DNA of 64,000 nt from Eledone cirrhosa (Eukaryota). Under the pieces are notes generated by a model. It ran no database searches. It was not told the DNA's origin and saw nothing but the letters and a program-made list of their open reading frames with translations. Positions 1-13,299 of this stretch are shown in pieces; the stretch's first letter is position 1; every line of letters starts with the position of its first letter. The position numbers and the translations under genes were made by a program. Where the stretch lies: NCBI GenBank assembly GCA_964016885.1, contig OZ024740.1:320416001-320480000 (forward strand), given 5' to 3'.

Positions 1-190
1 AATATATTTCTTTAATGAAATATATACAAGGAAGATGAATCATTTTTAAAAGGTAATATTTGAAGCTTTAGTTAAACTTTAATTAGTTACCTACCTAGCT
101 GTGTGTGATTACACACTTTACAAATTATCCCCTGTGATTGTTTCATGTGTTTATTTTAAATATATATATATGTCAATCAATTTCTAGTTG

Positions 191-333
<143 letters not shown>

Positions 334-1038
334 TACTTGTGCGTGTGTATAAGTGAACAAAGAAATCGTTTAGTGTAACATACGTTTATTTGGTAAGGGA
401 CAATTCGGTAAGAGTCCTCCTCACAAACCGGGATTGCTCCTTGATTTCTTTCTGTTTAATAGTCTGAAGATGTGTCTCACGCTTCAGTTCAGTTAAATCT
501 AGCTGTGCAATTGTTAGTGTACAATATTTCCATGACGCAATCAAATGTGAGCGTGACTGTTACTGCAACCGTATTTAGCCCAATAAACGGATGTTACACT
601 AAATGATTTCTTTATTTATTTATACATAAATATATACATACCTATAGATATTTGTCTTCTTTACTCTCATTATTTTCGTTTTTTTACTACTGAATACCTT
701 TTATTTTGTGTGTCTTTCCTTTGTGATCCTGTCTCTATTTTTTGTACTCCTGAAGAAGGGCTGTAGCCCGACACATCGAACTTTCTTTCCCCTTTTCCAT
801 ATAAGGCGTGACATTAATAAGACATTTGTATCTTTGTTTTGTCGTTTCCTTGAACTATATAGATATAAATATCCGTATGTGGTTGACGGCTGAGAGAAAG
901 GAGTACTCAATACCGATGTAGAGTTTTAATATTTATTTTATTAAGGCCGAATAGTGAGTCTTGTTACTCTGGAGTTTTCTTTGTGATAAACAGGCGAAAT
1001 TTCAGAGTAACAAGACTTACTATTCAGTCTTAATAAAA

Positions 1039-1162
<124 letters not shown>

Positions 1163-1802
1163 GAGAATAAGGAAAAGTGAAGTAGTTTCAGATGTTCAAG
1201 TCCTTTAATCATAATGCTGTGATATATATTTCAATGGCGACAGTGGCCACACTGTTCCGTGCGCCAGTGCTGCGACATCGTCAGACAGCTTGTTACATAA
1301 TAAGGTTATGTTTCCGAGGCAATCCAAATTGAATCGACAGGGGAACGGACGAAGTGTGTGCTCTTGGGTTCTTCATCCGCTCCCTTGTGAGTACCAATTC
1401 ACCCCCACCGGTCTGCGCAGGCGCAAATCCGAAGGAAGTTGAGCATTAGCTACCGCAGAGTTCAACGAAATTCGCCTAGGCAGTTCCCCCTCACAGCATT
1501 ATTATTAAAGGACTTGAACATCTGAAACTACTTCGCTTTTCCTTATTCGATATTTACTCCGTCACTCCTATGTGGAATAAGTGCGTTGAGTGCTTGAATT
1601 GAATTGCATCAATATTTACCTTAAGTATATATATATATATATATATAGTGTGTGTGTAGGTAGTACGGTGAAATACTGGTGTTGGTACCAAATCAAGCAC
1701 TCTATGCACAGGCAGAGTGTATATAATAGAAAAAACGAGGAAGTTTCGTTTACATATGAAAAATATTTATTGCGTATCGACCTATTACGCGCGTTTCGCA
1801 GA

Positions 1803-1871
<69 letters not shown>

Positions 1872-1878
<7 letters not shown>

Positions 1879-2078
1879 TAAAATAACAGATTAAAGTTTA
1901 AGCAAAGAATCGCTGCTTTCACCCTTAACGGGATCCCGTTAAGGGTGAAAGCAGCGATTCTTTGCTTAAACTTTAATCTGTTATTTTAATAAATATTTGC
2001 TCTACGGTTCTTATATATTTGATATATATTTTCCTTATCGAGCCCTCTTTGGATTTTAGTCTTCAATTTTATTATTAT

Positions 2079-2082
<4 letters not shown>
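1872..2082. mobile_element. Fold-back PLE pLTR-like element, family F1 (other copies 15426-15468, 23153-23385, 61348-61410)
   Basis: Perfect palindrome centred on GGGATCCC (1930-1937) and flanked by (TA)n. The 23153 copy shows that the apex falls in a hammerhead core, CTGAAGA-TCCC-gttaa-GGGT-GAAA. Confidence 0.75.
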
Positions 2083-2131
<49 letters not shown>

Positions 2132-2200
2132 TATACGATATTAAACAAATGGAAACTATATAACCCAACAATTTTAAATAAAACTTTTGCATATAAATAT

Positions 2201-2239
<39 letters not shown>

Positions 2240-2254
2240 CATACGTATATATGC

Positions 2255-2319
<65 letters not shown>

Positions 2320-2374
2320 ATATTAATAAACACAATATATAAATAAATGGAAACTATATTTATAAAACCATATT

Positions 2375-2440
2375 TATTTTATTATACATATTTGAAGGGC
2401 AACCAAGGCAAATTATGGTGCGCTTTCATCAGATAAAATA
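2375..2440 (-). ncRNA. Degenerate hammerhead ribozyme (GAAA changed to CAAA), family F2
   Basis: The minus strand reads TATTTTAT-CTGATGA-stem II-CAAA-TATGTATA-ATAAAATA, homologous to the intact copy at 15218. Confidence 0.6.
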
Positions 2441-2477
2441 CATATAAATATATATATACGTGTGTGTGTGTGTGTAA

Positions 2478-3184
2478 TAGTAGAACACTGGTGGGTTATA
2501 TCCGTAGTAGTAGTGCACTTAGTCCATGGGACGAGTTTGGTAGGAGTAGTTCCACAACAGTTAGTTCACCATTTCCGAGAACAATTGTTTCACCTTCTTC
2601 GGATCATCAGCTCGGTTTACATGAGGTGTAAGGAAAAGGAAAAATAATTGTACGCATGTGCAGAAACGCTCACTTCCGAAAGGGGAGGTTAACCCACGTT
2701 AGATCGGTGCGAGGAAGATAACTGTGGATACTCAGAAAAATGATAGATTATAATTATTCTTGTTATTCAGTTCAGAATATTATAGATTGTTCATGTTAGT
2801 CAGTCTGGTGTTTCCAGACGTGCGGACAGCGCGAGAAAAGTTAATTCCTCGAATTTAGACAAGCGCTATGATGCAATCTACTCGGGATGTTGATTCTTTT
2901 TTTCAATGCACAGCCCACGAGATGTATTCCCATTTCCATATGTCTTAGATTTAGTAATAACTTTCCATTGAATAAAGTAATCCACGCCTGTGTCCTTGAC
3001 GTGGCTCGCGAGCTTCGTGGACCATCGTTTGTCCGGGTATTTGAAGGTCGCCAGATGATTCAGGCAGCGTTCTTTAAACTTAAATTTACGAAGTTGTGGT
3101 CACTTCTAACCGACCAAATCAACAAAAGGTCAAATCCTATATAGGTATGGCGGAGGCCCGGTTTAAAAATCGCTTCCTGAATCT
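2478..3184 (-). mobile_element. Penelope-like (Neptune-type) element 3' fragment: GIY-YIG C-terminus plus pLTR with hammerhead, with an inverted 5' segment
   Basis: The minus strand at about 3080-2820 translates as FKERCLNHLATFKYPDKRWSTKLASHVKDTGVDYFIQWKVITKSKTY...GLCIEKK...CLNSRN*LFSRCPH. The plus strand at 3085-3183 translates as IYEVVVTSNRPNQQKVKSYIGMAEARFKNRFLN. Confidence 0.85.
2575..2615 (-). ncRNA. Minimal type I hammerhead ribozyme
   Basis: CCGAG-CTGATGA-TCCgaagaaGGT-GAAA-CAATTG-TT-CTCGG. Stem I is CCGAG/CTCGG and stem III is palindromic. Confidence 0.8.
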
Positions 3185-3401
3185 GTATGTGAGTTTATAT
3201 ATGTGTTATGAATGTGTGGGTACGTGTATATGAATGCGTACATACGTTTTGTGTGTATGTATATGTGTGTGTATGTGTGTGTGTGTGTGTGTTTAATTGT
3301 TTGTACTTGTTAGTCTAGATTGGGTGAGGGTGTTTATGTTTCTTATAATAGATAAATGGGAGTTGGTATATGAGTCCGTGCATGCGTACAAAATTGTTAA
3401 T

Positions 3402-3477
<76 letters not shown>

Positions 3478-3599
3478 CAGCAGCAGCAGCAACAGTTGTT
3501 GCTGTCGCTCCTGTTGCTGTCGCTCCTTATATATTTTATGGAGATTTTTCGAAAGAATATCTCGGTGTCTTCTGCTCATCACATTTCGATAATATGCCA

Positions 3600-3691
<92 letters not shown>

Positions 3692-4076
3692 GATGGAAGT
3701 AAGGTTCTATACAAAACAGTGGTTATAGAGAAAAGGTGAAATAGGAAATAGCACGGAAAATATATTTTAGGTTCTGACACACATATATATATATATATAT
3801 ATAAGTTAACGAGATATCGTTTAAAGTAATCCAAGTAGAGGTTATGTGTACTCTGTATCGGAGATAGTTTTAACGTTCGGCGTTGTTTGGCTCAAAAAGA
3901 AGTTTCCTTAGTTGTAGTGTTCGGGTGGCTGATTCAAGACGGTTCCTAAATAAGTGGTTCTCGGAGTAATAATAGTAACTGAGTGAAGAATAACATGGAT
4001 CGGCTGTACAATAGGGTTTAGTCTGGTGTCTCTAAAAACCGCTGTTTTTAGCAACAACAACTACTACTACTACTAC

Positions 4077-4125
<49 letters not shown>

Positions 4126-4126
<1 letters not shown>

Positions 4127-5068
4127 GTAAGGAGCCAATGCTCAGAACTGTACTGAAGGAGGGGACAGTAGGCCAGGGGATGTCCAAGGAGGAAATAACA
4201 TCAAGGAGGAAGAGCAGCCTTAAGGGAAAATCCCTTCATAGTACCTTCTTTGAGAAAACTGAATTTAGAGATCCACAGACATGGAACTGGTTGAGAAGAG
4301 GAGACCTCAAAAAGGCTACAGAAGGAATGCTAATGGCTGCGCAGGAGCAGGCCCTCAAAACGAAGTGGTTGAAGCACCATATCTACAAGGAGGAGGCTAG
4401 CCCACTGTGCAGGATCTGTGGAGAGAGAGAGGAGACTGTGGCTCACATTGTGTCCGAGTGTAAACACATAAGGGCTGGAGACACGATGTGATGGGCAGGG
4501 TGATCCACTGGCACCTGTGCAAAGTAAACAATTTACCACATTCTGAGAAATGGTATGAGCATAGGCCAGAGGCGGTGATGGAGAACAATCAGGTGAAGGT
4601 GCTGTGGGATTTTAGGATACAGACGGACAAAAAACTGGAACACAATAGACCTGACCTGGTGGTTGTGGACAAAGAAAAAAGATCGTGTCTGATTGTGGAT
4701 GTGGCCTGCCCGTTCGACACGAGAGTGCAAGAGAAGGAGAGGGAGAAAATTAACCGATACCAGGACCTAAAGTGGGAGGTGAAAAGGATTTGGAACTGCC
4801 ATGAAGTCAAAGTGATCCCGATTGTCATAGGCGCACTGGGGACTATCTCCAAAAGTTTCCAGGGATGGTTACAGAAAATCGGCCCCTTCACGCTTTTTGG
4901 AACGCTTCAAAAGGCATGCTTGCTTGGAACAGCAAGAACCCTCCGATACGTCCTGAATATCTGAGGCTGCAGGTAGTGGCTTGATATTCAATCCAACGGA
5001 CTTTCCAGTTAACCAACATCAATGACTGAGATTCAAGGAATAACAATAACAATAATAATAATAATACT
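4126..5068 (+). mobile_element. R4/Dong-like non-LTR retrotransposon, 5'-truncated and frameshifted
   Basis: ORF 4138-4491 has a CCHC knuckle (CRICGEREETVAHIVSEC). ORF 4488-4964 has a restriction-like endonuclease motif (RPDLVVVDK...IVDVACP). (TAA)n lies on both sides, the known Dong-type target. Confidence 0.88.
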
Positions 5069-5169
5069 ATTGTGTCTAAAAACTGCTGTTTGTAAAATAT
5101 TACGTCACTCGATTTTAATTGCAGTTGATACCCGACCAAATCTTCAGAATACTGATCAGAATACAAATC

Positions 5170-5215
5170 AGTATTCTGAAGATTTCTGAAGACTAATGAA
5201 ACATTTGTTAATACT
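5170..5215 (+). ncRNA. Minimal hammerhead-like motif
   Basis: AGTATT-CTGAAGA-(weak stem II)-GAAAC-ATTT-GTT-AATACT, followed by AATAAA. A short fold-back lies immediately upstream. Confidence 0.62.
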
Positions 5216-6406
5216 TTGAATAAACCCTATTGTACAGCCGATCCATGTTATTCTTCACTCATTTACTATATATTTATATATATACAACTTGATGTGAGTT
5301 TATTTTAAGTGGCTTTCTTATTGAATTATGTTTGTTTAATCTGAAGACGATGCGTGATTGGATAAGCGGTCATATTTCTGCCGTTTGAATTTTGAAAAGC
5401 TGACTGAATATATTTAGGTACTAGAAACAGTTGTACGGAAATAAAGAAGAAGAAGAAGAAGAAGAAGAAGAAGAAGAAGAAGAAGAAGAAGAAGAAGAAG
5501 AAGAAGAAGAAGAAGAAGAAGAAGAAGAAGAAGAAGAAGAAGAGAGTTAGTGGGGTGGAGAATGTGTATCTCACTAAGGATGAAAAGTGGGGTGAGTCAA
5601 TACAAAGTTTAGGCCAGGCATGGGCAACCTTTTTCGATCAGTGGGCCGCATAGGATGTGTCCCATCATATGGCAGATCACACAACTAAATTATTCAAGGC
5701 AGTTTTGAAACTAGGCGTGACATCCAGAAAGCCAAACGTGCTGTAGTTAGCCCATAACTGGTTTAGGCTGACTAATTGAGTAATTCAAAGGATTAGCAAT
5801 TTGAGGTGAAATGTTTAGTTTATATACTGTGTGGTTTATTGGTGATCTTATGGAGTGGCGAATATTTTGTTAGTGGTGGTAGTGTGTTATGTGTGTTTGG
5901 AGGCGCGCTTGTTGGGCCATGTGTCGTGTATACGTATGTGTGTGTGTGTCTAGTTCGGTCTATGTGCGTGAGTGCCCTCTTTGTGTCGATTGTTTTTACT
6001 TTTTGTTTGTCTGTGTATGTGTGTGTGTGTTTGTGCGCGCGCGCGGTAACATATGTGACAAAGTGTTGTATACTTACTTGCTGTTGGTTCGCGTGCGCGC
6101 GTGTTGGGGAGGGTTCGGTTTACGTGTGTGTGTGTGTTTTTATGTGTGTGTGTGGGTATGTGTTTCTGTGTGTGCGTGTGTGCAGTGGCGGACTGGGTCT
6201 AAAAATATTGGTTGCCAGGAGATAAAGGTGGCCCACCTACATATAAAATGCTATCATGTAATTCTTATAACGAATAAATAACATTTTCAAAACATACATA
6301 AGTGGAAACGAAACAGTGCAATCAAATTCTTCTCCAATAAAAAATATAAAGTATTTTGCGAAATCCAGAGACTTTCAATAATGTGCTTTAGTATTTCACA
6401 CTCACT

Positions 6407-6570
<164 letters not shown>

Positions 6571-6709
6571 GTATATATATATATATGTATATAAATACAT
6601 TATCGGAGGAAGCTATTAGCGATACTCCGGCCAAATCCCAACTCACTCAACAAACATTAGGAAATATGTGAGTATATTCCTAATTAAACGTTCGGGGTGT
6701 ATTGTGTGG

Positions 6710-6899
<190 letters not shown>

Positions 6900-6928
6900 A
6901 AATGTGTGTAATCCTTGGTACAGTTAGG

Positions 6929-7798
6929 TACAGGGGGAAGAAAAAAATGGCTTCACTTGTGCTTTCAACAAATTTATTTTCTTCACAAAATCCAAAAAGA
7001 ATTTTTTTCCGGATTAGAAAAAAATGTTTAAAAAATTTTTTTTTATAAATTGAGTCGTTGGTTGTTGGTTAGGTCTTAGGAGTTCTTGGTTAACGTAGGA
7101 GGTATTGTTTCGTTTGTAGAAAGACCTTTCACGCTGAAATGCGCTTGTCAAACTGATGTGTATGTGGTGTGTTGTTCTATATATAGGGATTTAACATGTT
7201 TGTGGTGCGGTGGGGGGGTTTTTCTCCCCCTTTAATAAGTGTAGGGGTGTAGGTGTATGGAAAAAATGTTAATAGCAGTAATGAGTTGAGACAGTGAGTA
7301 GGGTTGGGTGGGGAGAAATGTAGCAAGCGCGGCTTGCCCCGGTCATTCTCGAAAAATTCCTTTATTCAGGGGAAAAAGCTTTTAGTATTCATTTGTGTCG
7401 AGAATGGTCATAGGCAAACCGCACCTGCCAAGCTTGTAAACAATTATTTTTTTCTGCTATTAACATTTTTTCAACACACCTACACCCCTACACTTATTAA
7501 AGGGGGCGAAAAAAACCCCACCGCACCACAAACATGTTAAATCCCTATATATAGAACAACACACCACATACACATCAGTTTGACAAGCGCACCTCAGCGT
7601 GAAAGGTCTTTCTAAAAACGAAACAATACCTCCTACGTTAACCAAGAACTCCTAAGACCTAACCAACAACCAACGACTCAATTTATAAAAAAAATTTTTT
7701 TTTTTTTTTCTAATCCGGAAAAAAATTCTTTTTGGATTTTGTGAAGAAAATAAATTTGTTGAAAGCACAAGTGAAGCCATTTTTTTCTTCCCACCTGT
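6929..7798. repeat. Long inverted repeat (arms about 350 bp, spacer about 175 bp) between (TA)n tracts
   Basis: 6929-7278 is the near-identical reverse complement of 7454-7798. Confidence 0.92.
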
Positions 7799-8046
<248 letters not shown>

Positions 8047-8079
8047 GTATATACATATATGTATATATATATATATATA

Positions 8080-8134
<55 letters not shown>

Positions 8135-8137
<3 letters not shown>

Positions 8138-8511
8138 GGAAAATTTGAACAGAAACAAAACAGAGAGGCAGTACAACGAATGTTTATTCATTTCACGCTC
8201 TGGAAAGTGGGGTGGTGGTGGGGAACGACGTTTCGGGCATAAGCCCTTCTTCAGGTGAAAAGTGTGTGGAAAGAGAGTTCAAAGGGTGTGTAGGGGAGTG
8301 GTGGAGAGACATATAGCGAAAAGGGGTGGGAGGAAACGGTGCGAATGAAATTAAAAATAAAAGCATGATCAAAATAAAATTAAATTAAAATGGGGTAAAC
8401 AGGTGGTGGAAGGGTGTGGGGCGTGTAGGGGTGGTGGTGGGTGGAGTGGGGAGAGGTAGACGGGGTGTCCGAGCGGGGAGGGCTGAAGGTGGTGTGTGTC
8501 TGTAGGTGTAC

Positions 8512-8542
<31 letters not shown>

Positions 8543-9630
8543 CAAGGGTTGGGGGAAGAACGGGGTTGCAATTTTAGGAAGAGGTGTGTGTGGGGTGGGG
8601 TGTAGGTCGGAGTGTGTGTGCGTGTGTGGATAGAGGGGTGGGGGAGAGGAATCCGGAGGCTGAAGGTGTAAATATGTGGTGGAAAGCACGTGCGTGTGGG
8701 GTTTAAGCGTGTTGTGGGTGTAGGTGGCGTGTGGCAAAAAAAATGTTTGGGGTGTGTGTGTGGGTGGGTTATAAAGGTGATTCCGTAAGAAGATGTGGTT
8801 GAAAGGTTGGTAAACTCCTAGGATAGTAGTTGATTTCGCGGTCAAGCTCCACATACGAGTAATCCATGAAGAGATGGTCGGAAGAGGAGAGATGTGGGGT
8901 GCGCGCGCAACAGGAAGTGGTCAAGGCGGTAGGAGTGCTGTGTGTCTGTGTGTGCTGGGATGTGGTCAGAGGGCATAGCAGCAGTAGGGTGGATGGTAAA
9001 GGGGCGAGGATGGGTAGGTGTGAAAGTTGGAATGAGGAGGGTGTGTGTGTGTATAAGTAGAGGTGTTAGTGGGATGAGTGAGTGTGGAGAAAGGGTGTGG
9101 GTGGAGTGGGGAGAGAAGGGTGTGGGGTCGATGGAGGAAGTGTGGTGTACTGGTGTGTGTGTAGTTTGATGAAGGGGGTGTTAGTGGGTGTTAGTATACG
9201 GGAGGTGGAGAAAGGGTTGAATGCAGGTGTGAGTGGGGGTTAGTGGTGGTAGGGTGTGTAGAGTTGGTGGTGTACGAGGGTGTGTGGATACTTGTGCGTG
9301 GGGTTGGGGGTGTTAGTGATGTTAGTTGCGTGTGGGGTGGGTGGTGTAAGTGGGTGCGTGTGTTCGTGTGCTTGGGGTCAGGGGGTGTTAGTGATGTTAG
9401 TTGCGGGGTGGTGGGATGGATGTGTGGGGTGAGGGTCAGTGGTGGTAGTAGGGTGTGTGTTTAGTGTGAGCGCGTGTATATATGTGCCGGTGGGTGTGTG
9501 CGTGTGATAAGGAGGGGGGAGTGAGTGTGAAATACTAAAGGACATTATTGAAAGTCTCTGGATTTCGCAAAATACTTTATATTTTTTATTGGAGAAGAAT
9601 TTGATTGCACTGTTTCGTTTCCACTTATGT
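8135..9630 (-). mobile_element. CA-rich PLE-like repeat (partial opposite-strand copies at about 11090-11654 and 6293-6407)
   Basis: Hammerhead-like CTGAAGA-A-GGGC-ttat-GCCC-GAAACGT on the minus strand at about 8227-8254, followed by AATAAA. Shares sequence with the other copies and is bounded by (TA)n. Confidence 0.6.
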
Positions 9631-9649
9631 ATGTATATATATATATATA

Positions 9650-9787
9650 CAAAAAACGTGTGGTAAGATACCAGGTGGACCATAACGCACCAGAGTACTC
9701 GATACTTAGGGTAGTAGAGTGTGTAAATCCGCCGAACTAGCTGTCGAAACGGCCGGAGCTCAGCCATCGGAGTCCTGACGTTTCCCC
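9650..9787. mobile_element. Short (TA)n-embedded repeat family F4 (copies 11655-11760, 20577-20747, 56463-56594)
   Basis: Shared core CCAGAGTACTCRATACTTAGGGTAGTAGAG. The 20577 copy has an internal inverted repeat. Confidence 0.75.
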
Positions 9788-9823
<36 letters not shown>

Positions 9824-9920
9824 GTGGTAGAACACTGGAAGGTAATATCCGTAGTGGTAGAGCACTCAGTCCATGGGACGAGTTAGGTAGAAGTGGTTAC
9901 ACAACAGTTAGTTCACCATA

Positions 9921-9959
9921 CCGAGAACAATTGTTTCACCTTAACGGATCCTCAGCTCG
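9921..9959 (-). ncRNA. Minimal hammerhead in short element 9823-9972
   Basis: CGAG-CTGAGGA-TCCgttaaGGT-GAAA-CAATTG-TT-CTCG. Same family as 2575 and 52864. Confidence 0.75.
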
Positions 9960-9998
9960 TAATGGACATGGTATATATATATATATATATATATATAT

Positions 9999-10835
9999 TC
10001 TGGGACTTGTCTATTTCTACTCACTTTCCGTTGCTATAACCCTTTTGTTGTTACTCTAATGTCCCCCTTTATTTACGTGTCCCAACGACTTTTTTTAGCC
10101 GTTGTTCGCACCAACCTGAGGCATATGGCCCTTAAAGCGATGAAATGCCGAGGACGGTTGGAGGGTCACTGATGAGGACTCACTTTTTCATATGTATCCC
10201 ATTTGCAACGCCGCAGCTCCATTATCACCATATTTACACATATACTTTCCATGCTGCCTGTCTGTTTCGTTCCTTGTATCTCTACCACTTTTAGCAGTCT
10301 CCTCTCTGTTACCCTCTCCTCAACTTTCACTCACTCATTCTCTGTCACTACCTCTCCTCCTCCTCTTTCCTCCTCCTCCTTCAAGTTTGACCTGTGTGTA
10401 ATTCTTTTCTCGCGCAGTCTTGACCGAGCTGGTAATAATTGTTTTTCTCTCTCTCTTTCGTCTGCGACTTCACAAAACTTGCGTTTACCGAATTCGTAGA
10501 CCAGTTTTCGTTCTCTCTCTCTCTCTCCTTTTTCCCCCCTGTCGAACTTGGGCGAAATTCTTTCCTTGCTCACATTTCTACCAGGTTCGATGGTCTTTCG
10601 TCTCTTGTTCACGATTTCACAGAGTTTATATTCATAGAGATCTGGGACTTGTCTATTTCTACTCACTTTCCGTTGCTATAACCCTTTTGTTGTTACTCTA
10701 ATGTCCCCCTTTATTTACGTGTCCCAACGACTTTTTTTAGCCGTTGTTCGCACCAACCTGAGGCATATGGCCCTTAAAGCGATGAAATGCCGAGGACGGT
10801 TGGAGGGTCACTGATGAGGACTCACTTTTTCATAT
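9999..10835. mobile_element. Non-coding element bounded by 195-bp direct repeats (period 642 bp), with a diverged inverted copy at about 35012-35530
   Basis: 9999-10193 matches 10641-10835, and both outer ends abut (TA)n. Confidence 0.8.
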
Positions 10836-11758
10836 ATATATATATATATATATATAAATCAGGAAAGAAGGTTTACATGGTTTGCTATACAAAAAAGTTT
10901 TTAATCACATAGCTTACATTTGTTTCACTGAGCTGGTATGTCTAGAGATCGCTATCCGCCTAATTTTGCGTCACTCGCAAGTTATGTAATAAACAACATA
11001 ACTAAAAAGCTCTGTAGCCTACAATAAGCACTCTCTTTTCCTTTACCTTTCCTACGGAAATACTTCATTTATCTACCGCATCCCAAGGATTTTACTCAGC
11101 ATTCCACCACATCTTTTTACGGAATTACCTTTACGACTCACCCCCAGACACACACCCCAAACATTTTTTTTTCCCACACGCCACCTACATCCACAACACG
11201 CATAAACACCACACACACACGTGCGTACCACCACATATTTACACATTCAGCCTCCGGCCTCCTCTCCCCCCACCCCTCTATCCACACACGCACACACACT
11301 CCGACCTACACCCCACCCCACACAACACCTCTTCTTGAACATGCAACCCCGTTCTTCCCCCAACCCTTGCTTTCACATATACACACACCTACACACACAC
11401 ACCACCTTCAGCCCTCCCCGCTCGGACACCCCATCTCCCTCTCCCCACTCCACCCGCCACCACCCCTACACGCCCCACACCCTTCCACCACCTGTTTTAC
11501 CCCATTTTAATTTTATTTTGATCATGCTTTTATTTTTAATTTCATTTGCACCGTTTCCTCTCACCCCTTTTTGCTATATGTCTCTCCACCACTCCCCTAC
11601 ACACCCTTTGAACTCTCTTCCCACACACTTTTCACCTGAAGAAGGGCTTATGCCAGGTTAACCATAACACACCAGAGCATCCGATACTTAGGGTAGTAGT
11701 GTGGGTAATCTAGCTGTCGAAACAGCCGGAGCTTAGCCGTCGGGGTCCTGACTCTTTT

Positions 11759-11795
<37 letters not shown>

Positions 11796-12378
11796 TTGTG
11801 TGTGTGTCTATATATATGTCTATTTGTATGCATGAATGAATACAGTAAGCTTTAAATTTAGTAGAATGTACAACCCCTGATTTCAGCCGTTAGCACTATC
11901 ATATATTTTGGTTTCTATTAATTCCCTGGGGAATTGGTCAGCCAAATGCTTTACTTAATTATTTGTTGTTTTGTTTCTTTTTAATGTTATTCTTTTTCTC
12001 AGACTTCAGTGTCCCCTAAAATACTACAATGGGCTCCTGCAATGCTACTGTGACTCTTGAAATGCTACCATGGGGCCCCTGGGGCCCACTTGTCATTAGA
12101 CAACCTAGCAACCTGGCCAATCCCCCACTGTATGTGTGTGTGTTACAGTGAGTGTATTATTAGTGGTGTGTGAGTGTATGTGTATGTGCGTGTTATGTGT
12201 GCGTGTGTGTGTGCGTGTGAGTGAGCATATATGTATGTCTATGAATGAGAGTGTTTCTGTGATTGAGTATATTTCCGGGTGTAATCAGTGTGTTTATGTG
12301 TCTGTTTGAGTTTGTGTGGGTTATTAATGTGTGTATTTATGTGTGAGTGTGTGCGTGAGTGTGTGTGTGTGTGTGAGT

Positions 12379-12483
<105 letters not shown>

Positions 12484-12894
12484 TGTGTGTGTGTGCTGTA
12501 TGAGAGATCCAAAAAATGTACGTATGCCGTGCGTATTGGAGCCGTGTAGATTTTGTTCGTGATCCTGTGTGTTTGTGTGTATTGCCAATGTGTGTGTGCG
12601 TGTGTTTTCATTCGTGTGTGAATGCTTGTGAAACTATTTGGATATGAGTTGTTTCTAAGTGTGTGTGTGTATGTAATTTTGTCTATGGGTGTGTCTGTTG
12701 CACATTGTTGAAGACTGTGTATTGGAGTATCTTCATGTGTGTGTATATGTATGCACGTGTACCAATTTGGAAGGAGCAACTGTTAAGGTTCAGTGAGGGT
12801 GGGAGTGTTGCTGATGAAACTATATATATGGCAGCGGGGTCAGGAGCACGGGTGTCATCCGAGAGAGGAATTGGGGAAGAGAAGGAACTGTGAA

Positions 12895-13170
12895 AATTGG
12901 GATTATTGGTATCCGTGCCAACCCTTACCAATGGTCATAAATCGCAAATAGAAGCGGCTGAAATGAGGATCCTCCGAAGGGTCTTTGGAGTAACGTTACT
13001 CGATAGAGTACGTAGCTCAGCGATCAGAGAGTCACTGCAGGTAGAGCCGCTACTTCTGCGAAATGAGAGATCACGGCTCCGATACTATGGTTAGAATGTC
13101 TCAGGAAAGAATCGCTGAACAGATTTTATGGGCAAAACCAACCGGCAGGAGACCCAGGGGTAGACCCCTA
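12895..13170 (+). mobile_element. RTE-like LINE 3' fragment (related pieces 29495-29675 +, 32960-33312 -, 60885-60927 -)
   Basis: Translates as IEAAEMRILRRVFGVTLLDRVRSSAIRESLQVEPLLLR...LRYYG and ...GRRPRGRP, the RTE thumb/C-terminal signature. Confidence 0.8.
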
Positions 13171-13299
13171 GAAGAAGAAGAAGAAGAAGAAGAAGAAGAA
13201 GAAGAAGAAGAAGAAGAAGAAGAATGGAACGCTGGACGAGAGAATTTTGATGGTTGCGTGTGTGTTTAAAGGAAAGGGTGGAAGGTGGAAAGTGGAGGG

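Noticed and set aside
5615-6236. hAT-like termini at 5615 (CAGGCATGGGCAAC) and 6182 (CAGTGGCGGACTGG)
   Set aside because: These are single ends without a matching TIR or TSD, probably relics that cannot be delimited.
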